This document shows, one piece after another, positions 43,105 through 53,080 of a DNA stretch of 64,000 nt. Numbering within the stretch: position 1 is the first letter of the stretch; each line of letters begins with the position of its first letter. Position numbers and translations under genes: made by a program. Under the pieces are notes generated by a model. The model saw nothing but the letters and a program-made list of their open reading frames with translations, did not search any database and had not been told where the DNA came from. This stretch comes from Chloropicon primus (Eukaryota), in NCBI GenBank assembly GCA_023205875.1, contig CP060764.1, forward strand, positions 496,001 to 560,000, given 5' to 3'.

Positions 43105-44433
43105 ATGAAGTTCGGGAAGCAGCTAGGAAAGGGTGCCATCCGCAGGTGGGTGGCGTTTTACATCAACTACAACTTGGTCAAAACCACGCTCGGCGGCGAG
43201 GGGGAGAGTAACGCTCGGGCAGAAAACGCCTCCCAGCAGGAGCAGCAGCTGAGGGGACCTCGGAGTGTTTCGGATTCCTTCGCCGCGGCGCTTCAGTCGG
43301 AGGTTCACAGGTGCTCGTCCTTCTTCGTCGAGAAGGTCGAGGAGCTCGAGGCCCTCGTGAAGAGGGGGGAGGGCACGGAGTCGACGGACGAGCAACTCGC
43401 GGAAGCTTGCCTCGAAGTTCTCGAGCTCAGGAGGTTTGCTTTTCTGAACTGCATGGCTATCGTGAAAGTCGTGAAGAAGAGGAACAAGGTCCTGCGTGAC
43501 GCCATAGCGAGCGGGAAGGTCGAGGAGATCTCCGCCCTCTCCGTTCTCATGCACCAGAGCTTCTTCTCGTGTCCTCGGTTTGGGGCGCTCGTAGGGACCG
43601 CCGAGTCGGTTTTCCTGGGCCTCTCGGAGGCGAAAACGGGGGAGGAGGGGGCGGCCTCGAGCTGGACCAGCCACGGGCCAATCAGGCGGACGAGGGCGCT
43701 GGGGAGGCTGACGGTGGTGCTGGACCTCGACCAGACTATGATCCTTTGCCTGGCTCAGTCCAAAATCCTCAGCTTGTCGAGATCGAGAGAGGCTGAAGAG
43801 AATGTCAAGAGCCTCCAATTTTGGAACGTTCAGATGGAGCACGTCCGGTACCCTGTGAAGGTGTTCATTAGGCCCGGGCTGAGGGAATTCTTGCGGGGCC
43901 TGGCTTCGATGAACGTCGACGTCATTGTGTTCACGGCCGGTATCGAGGCTTACGCTCGTCCGATCCTCGACAAAATCGAGGCCTTTGCATCCATCAAGTT
44001 CCTTCGGAGGTTGTACCGCAACTCGACGACGAGGACCGAGCAGTACAACACCGTGAAGGACCTGAGCACCCTGGATCTCGATCTCGCGAGGACGGTGCTG
44101 CTGGATGACAACCCCATGAGTTTCAGCCTTCAGCCCAACAACGGCGTTCCGGTGATGCCTTTTTCCCCGCTGGTGAGCGAGCAAGAAGGTTATCTGGTCC
44201 AGCTACTTCCGGTCCTCGAGGCCTGCGAGAGGGAGCCTGACGTCCGACCTTTCCTCAGGCAAAAGTACAAGATGCACGGTTGGTTCACCCAGCTCGGCGT
44301 CCATTGCCCGGAGGAGGAGCAGGGAGAAAGGCCAGGTCTGCAGAGCTTGGTTCGCGACTTTGCCCAGCAAATTCCGGTGCATCACGGCACCACGAGCATG
44401 CCGCCATCGCCGCGGCGACTAAGGATGGCTTGA
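43105..44433 (+). CDS. SPX domain fused to SCP/FCP1-like (NIF) HAD phosphatase
   Basis: MKFGKQL..YINYNLVK..LNCMAIVKVVKKRNK (SPX); VLDLDQT, RPGLREFL, FTAG, VKDLS..LLDDNP..QPNNG (CTD phosphatase); single ORF; TGTAA at 44436. Confidence 0.9.
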   Translation: MKFGKQLGKGAIRRWVAFYINYNLVKTTLGGEGESNARAENASQQEQQLRGPRSVSDSFAAALQSEVHRCSSFFVEKVEELEALVKRGEGTESTDEQLAEACLEVLELRRFAFLNCMAIVKVVKKRNKVLRDAIASGKVEEISALSVLMHQSFFSCPRFGALVGTAESVFLGLSEAKTGEEGAASSWTSHGPIRRTRALGRLTVVLDLDQTMILCLAQSKILSLSRSREAEENVKSLQFWNVQMEHVRYPVKVFIRPGLREFLRGLASMNVDVIVFTAGIEAYARPILDKIEAFASIKFLRRLYRNSTTRTEQYNTVKDLSTLDLDLARTVLLDDNPMSFSLQPNNGVPVMPFSPLVSEQEGYLVQLLPVLEACEREPDVRPFLRQKYKMHGWFTQLGVHCPEEEQGERPGLQSLVRDFAQQIPVHHGTTSMPPSPRRLRMA

Positions 44434-44435
44434 CT

Positions 44436-44440
44436 TGTAA
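44436..44440 (+). promoter_or_regulatory. TGTAA chlorophyte-type polyadenylation signal (representative site)
   Basis: The same motif follows stops at + 1457, 14030, 18160, 35256, 55054, 59880 and - 23172, 27364, 32856, 35406, 53051, 57655, 60030. Confidence 0.75.
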
Positions 44441-44577
44441 TTCTATTATTCTTTAAAAGCGTTTCGTTTCTTTAAAAGGGAAAAAAATCACACTACACGC
44501 GCTACGAACTTCTTGAACTTCTTGAACACACACTACTCTCTCTCTCTGTTGTGCCTTGCCTCTTGCTTCTTGGAACC

Positions 44578-45177
44578 TCAAGCGAGGATCTCCCTTCTGC
44601 TGTCCTTGTAGAGGGCGCTGCTGGAGAACCCGAAGAACTCGTCTACGAACTTCTTCTTCGCCTCCTCGTTCGGCATGCCCTTGACGACATTCCAAGAGTC
44701 CCAAACGAACCTGCCGTGAAAGTCGATGTTGCCGTTGTCGGCAAACATGGGGCAGTCCTCGGTCAAGTCACCCTCGAGGGCCTGCTTCATCAGGCCGAAG
44801 AGCTTGTAGTACATATCAGCCTTCCTCGTGGCACCGCCAGGCATCTTCACGATGCGCCACTTGAGCTTCAAGTACGTGTCGCAGAGCTGCTTGAACTTCA
44901 TGTCACTCTCGACGAACTTCTTCAGCTTCTCGGAGTCATCCCCAGCAGACTGGAAGAGGGACTTCCTGCTGTCAGCGTCTGCCTTGAGCAGAGCTCTCTT
45001 CAGCTTCCTCTTGCTGGCCCTGAGCGTCTGTCTCTCTGGGCTTGGGACGTTCTCGAGGAAGCTCGCGCTCTTCACCGCTTCGATGAGCTTCGAAACGTCG
45101 TCACCAGCATCAAGCAGACGCTTCATGGCAGATGCTGCATCGTTGTAGTACTCATTGTAGTTCGTGCGGTCAGGCAT
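44578..45177 (-). CDS. Acyl-CoA-binding (ACBP) domain protein with N-terminal extension
   Basis: YKLFGLMKQALEGD..DFHGRFVWDSWNVVKGMPNEEAKKKFV. Confidence 0.8.
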   Translation of the reverse strand: MPDRTNYNEYYNDAASAMKRLLDAGDDVSKLIEAVKSASFLENVPSPERQTLRASKRKLKRALLKADADSRKSLFQSAGDDSEKLKKFVESDMKFKQLCDTYLKLKWRIVKMPGGATRKADMYYKLFGLMKQALEGDLTEDCPMFADNGNIDFHGRFVWDSWNVVKGMPNEEAKKKFVDEFFGFSSSALYKDSRREILA

Positions 45178-46037
45178 CCTTCCTTCCTTCCTTCCTTCTT
45201 TCTTCCCTGCTCTTCCCCGATTGCTTTGCTCAGCAGCTTTGTGTGGCTTGACTCAATCCCTTGGCTTGGTCGAACGGGTCTCGCCTTCAACTGATACGCC
45301 CCCCCCGCAGGGGGGGCACAGGGCGGACCAGCTGAAGACGAAACGTCACATCGATGCCAACGTCCTCTTACCTGTAGCAAAAAACCTGCGAGCTGAAGAT
45401 ATGATTCCAACGGCAGTCAATAGTCCATCTGCCTGACTGTCCTCGTCAGCCCGACGAGACGGCGTTCCAGCGACGGCGTTCCAGACGCGTGGCCCACGCC
45501 TGGTTGAAATAAAAACGCTCGGTGATGACTAGGAAGGCCGAGGACTCTGTTCCACCGTTGCTTGCCTCGAACAAACACGTGGTCCCTCAAAAAAACCGAA
45601 GCAAAAAAAACGCTCGGAAGGGGTCTTGCCTGCAAGGAGACAAAGTACGAGGCTTCCGCACCCCAGCGAGGGTCCGAGCGAGCGAGGGATCAAGCAAGTG
45701 ACTCATGCCACCTCTGGCCCGTCTCCGTGATGCCACAACCCTCTCCTCTCCTCTCCTGTGCCCAGCGCAACCCCCTCCCTCTGAATTTTGATTCCCCTGA
45801 CGCTCTCCTCTCCTGCTGTGCCCCTCCCTCCCCCACGATGACGCCACTCCTTTCGAGCGACGGCTCTTTCGAAAGCGCGCGACGAGGAGCTTCCACCGGC
45901 CCACTCCACCTCTTCCCACCTCCTCGTCCTCCTCCTCGTCGCCTCCCTCGTCGCTCGCCTCCCTCCCCTCGTTCTCCTTTCAAACTGAAAACGACAGAGA
46001 GAGAGAGAGAGAGCAAGAGCAAGCCAGAGCCCTCGTC

Positions 46038-46077
<40 letters not shown>

Positions 46078-46215
46078 TGGTCGTGGTCGTGGTCGTGGTC
46101 GTCGCGTTTTGCTGCGGGATGCCGGCGCGCGCAGGAGTGTGCCTCGTCGTTGTTGTTGTTGTGGACGAGAAGGAATAGGATTCCTGTTAGATTCAGAGGA
46201 TAGGAGCAGGACTTG

Positions 46216-48192
46216 ATGAAGATGACGACGACGGGTGGTTTGAGTCCGATACAGGAGAATGTGAGAGCGGGGACGACGGAGAGGTTGGTGTTCAGCGACT
46301 TGGTGAGGACGAGCTTGAGCAGGCAGGAGGACGCGTCCCTCCTGAGGGTGATACTTGCTGGGAAGGATGGGCTTCGGAGTCAGGAGAAGAGGACCAAGGC
46401 GATCAGGGAGGTGGAAGTGAGGGAGTGCTGGAGGGTGGCGAGGGAGAAGGAGATCCTCGCAAGGGCGAACGAGTTCGGACTGGTCTCGGTGGAGAATCCG
46501 GAGGAGAGGCGAAACCTCGCGGACCAGATTGCCTCGTTCACTCGCCTCTCGCGTTTCCAGGCCACAGACTTTGAGTACAACAACAAGGCCTCTTCGCAGA
46601 GGGACTTGTGGCTGGGCGGAGGGCAGGATGCGAGGCGGACGGCGACGAGGAGGTCCCCGTCTCCCTACGGCGGCGTCTCTGGGTCGCAGAATGGGAGGGT
46701 GAGGCCGAGCTCCGCGAGACCGTCCTCCTCGGGGAGGACCTCCAGGTCCATGACGGCGAGCGCGTACGGTGTCGCCCAGGGCAAGACGACCGCTGAGAGG
46801 AGGAAGGGGCTCCTCAGCAATGGAACCAACGCGAGGTCGGGTCAGCTGACGTCGTCTTCGTCGTCATCGAAGGCTTCCACGGGGCGCCACGCCTTGCCGC
46901 GGAAGGAGGAGCAGCCCAGGCGGACGAGAGTGCGACCCAGCAGCGCCCCCGTGATGAGGAAGAAAACCCAAACCGAGACGAAGCTCCTCGACATCACGAA
47001 GACGCTTCTCAAGGGGCTGGAGAATCACAAGTCGGCCGACGGCACGACTGACGCGCTCAAGGCCCTCGAGAAGAACGTCAGCGAGGCTCAGACCCAGCTG
47101 TCTGACCTCGTCGCGGCGGCGGGGAAGAAGTTGCAGGCTCCCCCCTCCACCCCGGTTGCCCCGATGACTTCCTCGTCCGTCACCGCGACCTCGCCCAGCG
47201 ACAGGTTCCGCATGCACCTGACCAAGCTGGGCTACTTTGGCTCCACCAAGGCCGACCTCGTGATTGCCGAGCACCAGAGGCAGAGGCACGCCATCCTGGT
47301 GATCCAACGGGCGGCGAGGAAGCTTCTTCAGCGGAAAGCCCTCGAGAAGAAGAAGCAGGAGGAGGTCGAGGAAAGGAAGAGGAGGGCGCTGGAGTTCAGG
47401 CACGATTGCGCGAGGGTCATCCAGGCCTGGTACCGCTCTAAAATGGAGGAGAGAGCTCAGCGGGCGGGAACACTGGAAAGGTGCAAGAAGGGTCTTGCCG
47501 CCAGGGCGATTCAGAAGCACTACAGGTACCACCGACTCATCAAGGTCTTCCGGGCAGAGGCGCCGGATCACATCTCGGGGGCAGGCGCGCCGGCGGGGGG
47601 GAGGGGCGCCATCCCATCCGCGTGGAGGGCCGCCAACATCATACAGAAGTGCTTCAGGATGCACAGGGTCCAGAGGAGGCTCCGGGCCGCGAGAAGCGAG
47701 GCGTCCGAGTTCCTGCAATGGAGGCGGGCGATGAAAGCCTCGTGGTCGGACCACAAGAGGCAAACTCTCGAGACCCTTGGCGCCCAGTCGTACCTCGTCT
47801 TCTTGTTTTTCTCTTCGGGAAGAGAGACGGAGAAGGTGATGGCCCACGTGAGAGAGGAGGAAAAGATGTTCTCCACATCGTGGCTGAAGTACGAGAGGAA
47901 GGTGAAGAGGAAAGCTCTCCACAAGCCGCTGCCTAGGAATTGGGTCCCGCACAACGACGCAGTCACGGGAAAGATCTACTTTATCAACACGAGGACGAAC
48001 GAGGCTTACACCACCCACCCCAACTTGCGGGAAATCGCTCCAGACTTGGCAGCTCAGAGGGAGAGAGCTAGCATCGCGAAGTACACGAGAATCTCGGTCC
48101 TCCTCAAGTACATCGAGGCCATCGATGGCCGGGCCAGCAAGCTTCAGTCTCACGTCTTGCAGCAGATGGTCTCCAACAAGGGGCAGCAGTGA
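46216..48192 (+). CDS. IQ-motif and WW-domain protein
   Basis: Four IQ-like motifs (IQRAARK, IQAWYR, IQKHYR, IQKCFR); WW-like LPRNWVPHNDAVTGKIYFINTRTNEAYTTHP; RPSSA repeats in the disordered N-terminal half. Confidence 0.8.
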   Translation: MKMTTTGGLSPIQENVRAGTTERLVFSDLVRTSLSRQEDASLLRVILAGKDGLRSQEKRTKAIREVEVRECWRVAREKEILARANEFGLVSVENPEERRNLADQIASFTRLSRFQATDFEYNNKASSQRDLWLGGGQDARRTATRRSPSPYGGVSGSQNGRVRPSSARPSSSGRTSRSMTASAYGVAQGKTTAERRKGLLSNGTNARSGQLTSSSSSSKASTGRHALPRKEEQPRRTRVRPSSAPVMRKKTQTETKLLDITKTLLKGLENHKSADGTTDALKALEKNVSEAQTQLSDLVAAAGKKLQAPPSTPVAPMTSSSVTATSPSDRFRMHLTKLGYFGSTKADLVIAEHQRQRHAILVIQRAARKLLQRKALEKKKQEEVEERKRRALEFRHDCARVIQAWYRSKMEERAQRAGTLERCKKGLAARAIQKHYRYHRLIKVFRAEAPDHISGAGAPAGGRGAIPSAWRAANIIQKCFRMHRVQRRLRAARSEASEFLQWRRAMKASWSDHKRQTLETLGAQSYLVFLFFSSGRETEKVMAHVREEEKMFSTSWLKYERKVKRKALHKPLPRNWVPHNDAVTGKIYFINTRTNEAYTTHPNLREIAPDLAAQRERASIAKYTRISVLLKYIEAIDGRASKLQSHVLQQMVSNKGQQ

Positions 48193-48268
48193 GGCAGTGA
48201 GTGAGTGAGTGAGGAGTAAGCATCAATCATCATCAAACCACCTCCGTCCTCTAACGCTTCGTTCGTAC

Positions 48269-49303
48269 ATGCCATTTGTCCATGGGATCATGGCGACCCT
48301 GCAGGGTGAGGAGCTGGCGGAGGAGCTGGCGGAGGGGAGCGGCGTCGTGGCGGTGGAAGGGGAGGAGGACGCGCTCCAGGGGACGCCTTCCGCCACGCTG
48401 GAGGTCATCAAGAAGTGCATGCTGAGAGAGGCTTCGTTTCGGAGGCCGGCCAAGGGAAAGGGAGGAGGAGGTGGTGGTCGTGGTGGTCCCAGGAAGAAGG
48501 GAGGAGGGGGAAAGAAGAAGGCCAAGGCCGCCACTGCAGTCGACGGCGAAGGGGACTCGATGAAGGTGGAGACCTTCCGGTGGGAGGGCCACGAGAACGT
48601 TCTCTTCATCGTCTTCCCGAACAAGATAGCGCTCCGGAACGGACTGACCCGTCTCTCCGTCTTCCTCGAGGACCCGGTCGAGGCCGGCACGATCATGGCG
48701 GCGAACGACGTGCGTCCGGGAAAGTACGTCGCTGCCTCTTACACGGGTCACAACTTTCGGCCGAGCGACTACGCCAAGTTCGCGGCGAAGGCGAGGGAGG
48801 AGTCGAAAGCCTTGGAGCCAGAGGAGGAGGAGCTCTGGGGGATCCTGCTGAAGGAGTTTCCAGGCTTCGAGGGCGGGGGGGGCGAGTGCTGGGGGTGCAT
48901 AGCGACGGCAAGGGGGCTGAACAAAGGGGAAGTGGCGAACACCCTCCTGCACGAGTCCATGCATGGCCTCTTTTACGCGCACAGCGAGCTGAGGGCGGTG
49001 ACTTGGAAGTTTTGGGACGAGGTGATGGACGCCTCTGAGAAGAGCTTGTGGCTGCACTTTTTGAGCTCGATCGGGTACAACTCGTCGAACGAGGAGGTTT
49101 GCGTCAACGAGATGCTGGCTTATCTTACGACAGAGAAAGAACTCCTGAGGAAGTATTCTATCAAGCCCTTGGAACAGGTGGACGGGCGCGGCGGAGTGCT
49201 GACGATGGAGAGACTGCAAGAACAGTTTGTAAAGTACGTTGAGGGTCACATTCCTTTTCCGAAGCCGCATCTGCGGGGGCAGTACTGCGCGTTCAAGGCG
49301 TGA
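48269..49303 (+). CDS. Hypothetical protein with HEXXH (zincin-like) motif
   Basis: TLLHESMHGLFY with downstream NEMLAY; coding-like codon use; start uncertain. Confidence 0.7.
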   Translation: MPFVHGIMATLQGEELAEELAEGSGVVAVEGEEDALQGTPSATLEVIKKCMLREASFRRPAKGKGGGGGGRGGPRKKGGGGKKKAKAATAVDGEGDSMKVETFRWEGHENVLFIVFPNKIALRNGLTRLSVFLEDPVEAGTIMAANDVRPGKYVAASYTGHNFRPSDYAKFAAKAREESKALEPEEEELWGILLKEFPGFEGGGGECWGCIATARGLNKGEVANTLLHESMHGLFYAHSELRAVTWKFWDEVMDASEKSLWLHFLSSIGYNSSNEEVCVNEMLAYLTTEKELLRKYSIKPLEQVDGRGGVLTMERLQEQFVKYVEGHIPFPKPHLRGQYCAFKA

Positions 49304-49343
49304 TCGCGCCGGCAATGATGTATTTATGTGTCAAGGGACTTTT

Positions 49344-52300
49344 CTAATTTTTTACTTCTTCACTGGACCCGATCCACGAGATCGCCCTCTGCGTGAGGGA
49401 GAGTGGGAAGCGGTGCTCGAGCGCGAAACGATCCACCTCTTTCGTGTCCATCTCGGCCTTGTTCTTCCCCTTCTCAAGGTACACCCTGACGAACTTTAGG
49501 CTGACGTTCCTCTCCGTCACCTCCCTGTTCCTGTCGTTCTTAAAGCACGCCGCGAGCAAGGTTGGGTTCAGCACCTTCTGCAGCTCATCCGTGAAAAAGT
49601 AGTTGAACGGCAGCTGGCACAGCTTCTCGAGAATCGTGGGACTCTTGCCCCAGTGCAGCACCGCCTGGTTCGCGGGATTCAACACCACGAAGTTTCCCAC
49701 GAGGAGGATCACCTCGTTCAAAAGCTTTGACGCCGAAGATTCGTGATTCATGCTCGTGGCCTGCAAGGAAGTGCAGTACGACAGAAGAGAACTCAGCAGG
49801 TGAAAGGACTCGGCCTTCATGTCAGCTGACCCCATAATCTTCTGCAGTGACTGGTAGTCGTGGGCAGCCATGTTGTTGAGAATTTTCACCACAAAGTACG
49901 CACTGGTGGTGAAGTTGCGAGGGAACTTGCTGGGATCAATCTCCGAGGTCTGGGACGTGTGCAGAAGGACCGTGGTAATGAGGGACGGCAGGCCAATCAT
50001 ACTCGCGTCCTTGAAGGCAGCGAGCAAGCACCTCGTGGACGCCTTGAGCCTCGAAGCCCTGTCGAAAATCTGCGTCTCCTGGCACCTCGAGAAGGCGTCC
50101 AGCATCCTCAAGCAGCTCTCTATCGAGGTGGGAATGGCATCGTTCTTCACCTTGGACGGGTCGAAGAGGGAGAAAGAGTCCCTTATCTGGTGGAGCAGGC
50201 CGCTGCAGCTGAAGAACCCGGTGGCGCTCTCAAAGTCCTCCAAGTTCTTCTCCTGAGCAACCAAGAGGAGCTTGCTCATGACGGGCAGCAGGATGTCCAC
50301 GGCATTCGAATGCAGGGATCCCTGGCCAGGGTTGAAGCAGTCCGCCTCGGTGTACAAGAGGAGCAGATTTGTGATCTCGCTGAAGTAATCCTTGGACAGG
50401 ATGTAGGACGCAGTGTCCGTGCTGTTGCACGTCATCACTTTCAGCAGCCTCAGGAGCAGCAACTTTGTCCGCGCGGGCCACGACTCCCTTCGGTTTGAGA
50501 GGCCCTCCAAGACGTAGTCCACCAGGCCGCACTCCCTCGCGAGGTTCAAGTGCTCGTCGTTCTCGCTGTTGAGCAGGTGCATGGTATCCATGCACAGGGA
50601 GTGGATTCCCTCGACATTGTTCTTCGACGAGTGCTTCTTCAGATCCCTCATTCTCTTCTGGAACCTTTTCTTCAGATGGTCATCCCCGCCCTTCTTGCGG
50701 GCACCCGCCTTTGGCGCAGGGATGCTGAAATGCTGGATCTTGCTCGTGAACTCCTCCAAGTGCCTCTGGAGGTACTCCGATTCCCTGTTCTCCCCGATCC
50801 TGGGAGATTCGGGAACTTTCTTGTCCTTCGCGGGGGACAGCAAGTAAGGGATTGACGTGAAAGCGCCGCTGTCCCTCCTTTCCCCGTCCTGCTTGTTCAG
50901 GGACGCCTTCTCCTTGATCTGCCCGAGGTACAGGGACCTCCTGGTCCTCGCCTCCTCCAGCCTGCCAGCGATCTTCTTGCGGATGAGCTCGGCCTCGTGC
51001 TCCTGCACCCTCTGGTTTTCCTCCGCGGCCATCCTTTGCTTCTTGGCGAGGGCCTCCCTCGCTTCAGCTGCCTGCTGCCTCTCCTGCTGCAGCTTGAGCT
51101 GAATTTGCTCTTTCCTCTGGATCTCCTCGGCAAGAAGCTTGAGTCTCTCCTCCTCGAGCTTCTGTTTCCTTTTCTGGACCTCCTCGATGGCGGCGTCCGT
51201 TTGCCTTTGCCTTTCCACGACAGCGGCAAGGATTTCCTGCCTCCTGGCTTCCGTCTCCTGCATCCTCTCCTTCAAGGCCGAGCGTTTGTCCTCAGCCTCC
51301 AGGGACGTGATCTGGATCACCTCGTTCACCTTCATGTTTTCGCTCTTGGCCTTTCCCGCGATTGCGGCAAGGTGCTTGTCTCTCAGCTGCCTGCCCCGCT
51401 GAATCTTTTGGTCCATGTCTTGAATCTTCTTCTCGAGCTTGTCAGCTTGCTGAGACCGGATGGCTTGCCTCGTCTCGTCCGCTTTCGCGAGCCTTTCCGC
51501 CAGGGCCCTCGATCGCTTCTTCCGCAGCAGGCTCGCCCGCGCCTGCTTCTCGTCCGCCCTCTTTTTGGCCTCCAGGGGGGTAAGCTTTTGCCTATCCGGG
51601 GACAAGAGCTTCGCTTGAAGGTCCCTCGCTCTGTTGGCAAAGATATCTCCCCAGTTCCTCTCCTCTCTCCAGGCACAGTTGCTCCTCGACGAGGTACCGT
51701 CCTTGACCGGTTTGGCCAAGTCTGATTCTTCCTTCTTGCTCTTGGCAGGCTTGTCGTAACTCTGCGCCCGTTTCCGCCCCCCTGCGGGCGCCTTTGATTC
51801 GCTGTTCACGCCATTGTTCTCGTCCGCCTCCCTGGTCAAAAAACCCTCGAAACTAGTCTCCGAGTCCAAGCTCGACTCCTCTACGGAGGTGTCCTCATCG
51901 CTTTCCAGGGTCGAAAGCAACTCGAGGTGCTTTGGCGACACCTTGATGGTCTTCTTCACATCCCAGGCCACAGTCATCCTCTTCCTCTCCGAACCTTTGC
52001 TCGCCTCTTCCCTCTCCTTCTCGAAGTGCTTCTGGCTCTCTATGCTCGACGCCAGGGACTCGAAGTCTTTCATGGAGTTCCTGATCACTTTCTGCACGAT
52101 CATGACCTGCTCCGAGTCGCACTCGACCTCGCTCATGAAGTACACGTCGTCGATGGCTCGGGTCAGGTTGTTCATCAGCCTGTTCCAGATGTCCAGCTTC
52201 TTGCTTGACAGGCTCTTTTGGGAGCTGCTCCTCCTCCCGGTCGACGCTCCGCCCTTCCTCCGCCTGCTGCTCGCCGAGGCCGCCTTGGACGTCGCCACCG

Positions 52301-52607
52301 GCGTCACGAACAAGCTCTCGCTCACCATAACCTCGTCACCCCTCCCCGCCGGGCTGCTCACGTCCAAGTCGATCGGAAAAGACGCCAAGACGTTAAAGTC
52401 GTCTCCCCTCTTCGCTTGGGCCTTCACATTCTCGCTCGCGTTGTCGTTGTCACCACCCGACTCGAACGCTACGCCGTTCACCACCGCGTTGTTCGTCTTG
52501 AGCGCGAGCTGCTGCTGCTGCTGCCTCGTCGCCCGCCTCCCCGTCACAACCGACCACGCGCTGCCCTTGTTGCCGCCCGAGGCTCCCTTCCTGTGTTTGT
52601 CTCCCAT
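49344..52607 (-). CDS. SCAPER-like protein
   Basis: WNRLMNNLTRAIDDVYFMSEVECD..VAWDVKK (SCAPER N-domain), KLLSPDR, long coiled coil, NQAVLHWGKSPTILEKLCQLPFNYF..LEHRFP. Confidence 0.88.
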   Translation of the reverse strand: MGDKHRKGASGGNKGSAWSVVTGRRATRQQQQQLALKTNNAVVNGVAFESGGDNDNASENVKAQAKRGDDFNVLASFPIDLDVSSPAGRGDEVMVSESLFVTPVATSKAASASSRRRKGGASTGRRSSSQKSLSSKKLDIWNRLMNNLTRAIDDVYFMSEVECDSEQVMIVQKVIRNSMKDFESLASSIESQKHFEKEREEASKGSERKRMTVAWDVKKTIKVSPKHLELLSTLESDEDTSVEESSLDSETSFEGFLTREADENNGVNSESKAPAGGRKRAQSYDKPAKSKKEESDLAKPVKDGTSSRSNCAWREERNWGDIFANRARDLQAKLLSPDRQKLTPLEAKKRADEKQARASLLRKKRSRALAERLAKADETRQAIRSQQADKLEKKIQDMDQKIQRGRQLRDKHLAAIAGKAKSENMKVNEVIQITSLEAEDKRSALKERMQETEARRQEILAAVVERQRQTDAAIEEVQKRKQKLEEERLKLLAEEIQRKEQIQLKLQQERQQAAEAREALAKKQRMAAEENQRVQEHEAELIRKKIAGRLEEARTRRSLYLGQIKEKASLNKQDGERRDSGAFTSIPYLLSPAKDKKVPESPRIGENRESEYLQRHLEEFTSKIQHFSIPAPKAGARKKGGDDHLKKRFQKRMRDLKKHSSKNNVEGIHSLCMDTMHLLNSENDEHLNLARECGLVDYVLEGLSNRRESWPARTKLLLLRLLKVMTCNSTDTASYILSKDYFSEITNLLLLYTEADCFNPGQGSLHSNAVDILLPVMSKLLLVAQEKNLEDFESATGFFSCSGLLHQIRDSFSLFDPSKVKNDAIPTSIESCLRMLDAFSRCQETQIFDRASRLKASTRCLLAAFKDASMIGLPSLITTVLLHTSQTSEIDPSKFPRNFTTSAYFVVKILNNMAAHDYQSLQKIMGSADMKAESFHLLSSLLSYCTSLQATSMNHESSASKLLNEVILLVGNFVVLNPANQAVLHWGKSPTILEKLCQLPFNYFFTDELQKVLNPTLLAACFKNDRNREVTERNVSLKFVRVYLEKGKNKAEMDTKEVDRFALEHRFPLSLTQRAISWIGSSEEVKN

Positions 52608-53080
52608 GCCTTTCACACCCTTCTCTCTTCGCTTCGCTCGTTGTTGCCGCCCTCCGGCTAAAAAAAAAGGAGGCAAAGGCGCGATCTTTCGGGACAAACG
52701 AACGCGATGAAGTGTTCGCCCAAACCTCCTCACCTCGTGAGGCTTCAAAGGAGTCTCGCCCTCGTCAGAGACTTTAAGCGCTCCCTCCCTCCTGGCGCCA
52801 CTGCTTCTTTGTCTGTTTCGACTCGGATTTGAAAATCGGAGCGCTCCAATCAATCAAAGGAGATGGAGGATGGAGGGGGGGTTGCCTGTGCGCAGGGTGC
52901 GGGGAGGGAGTTGTTCCCCGGTGGAACTCCATTCCATCCCTTTCCCTACTCGATCTGTCTCCATTTGCGTCGTCCTGGGCTTGAAGACATCTTTCCTGTA
53001 TCCAGCAACAGATGGATTGCTTTTGGATGTCTTTGTTCTAACGTTTTGTTTTACAATCCATCAATGCTACTTGCTGCACG

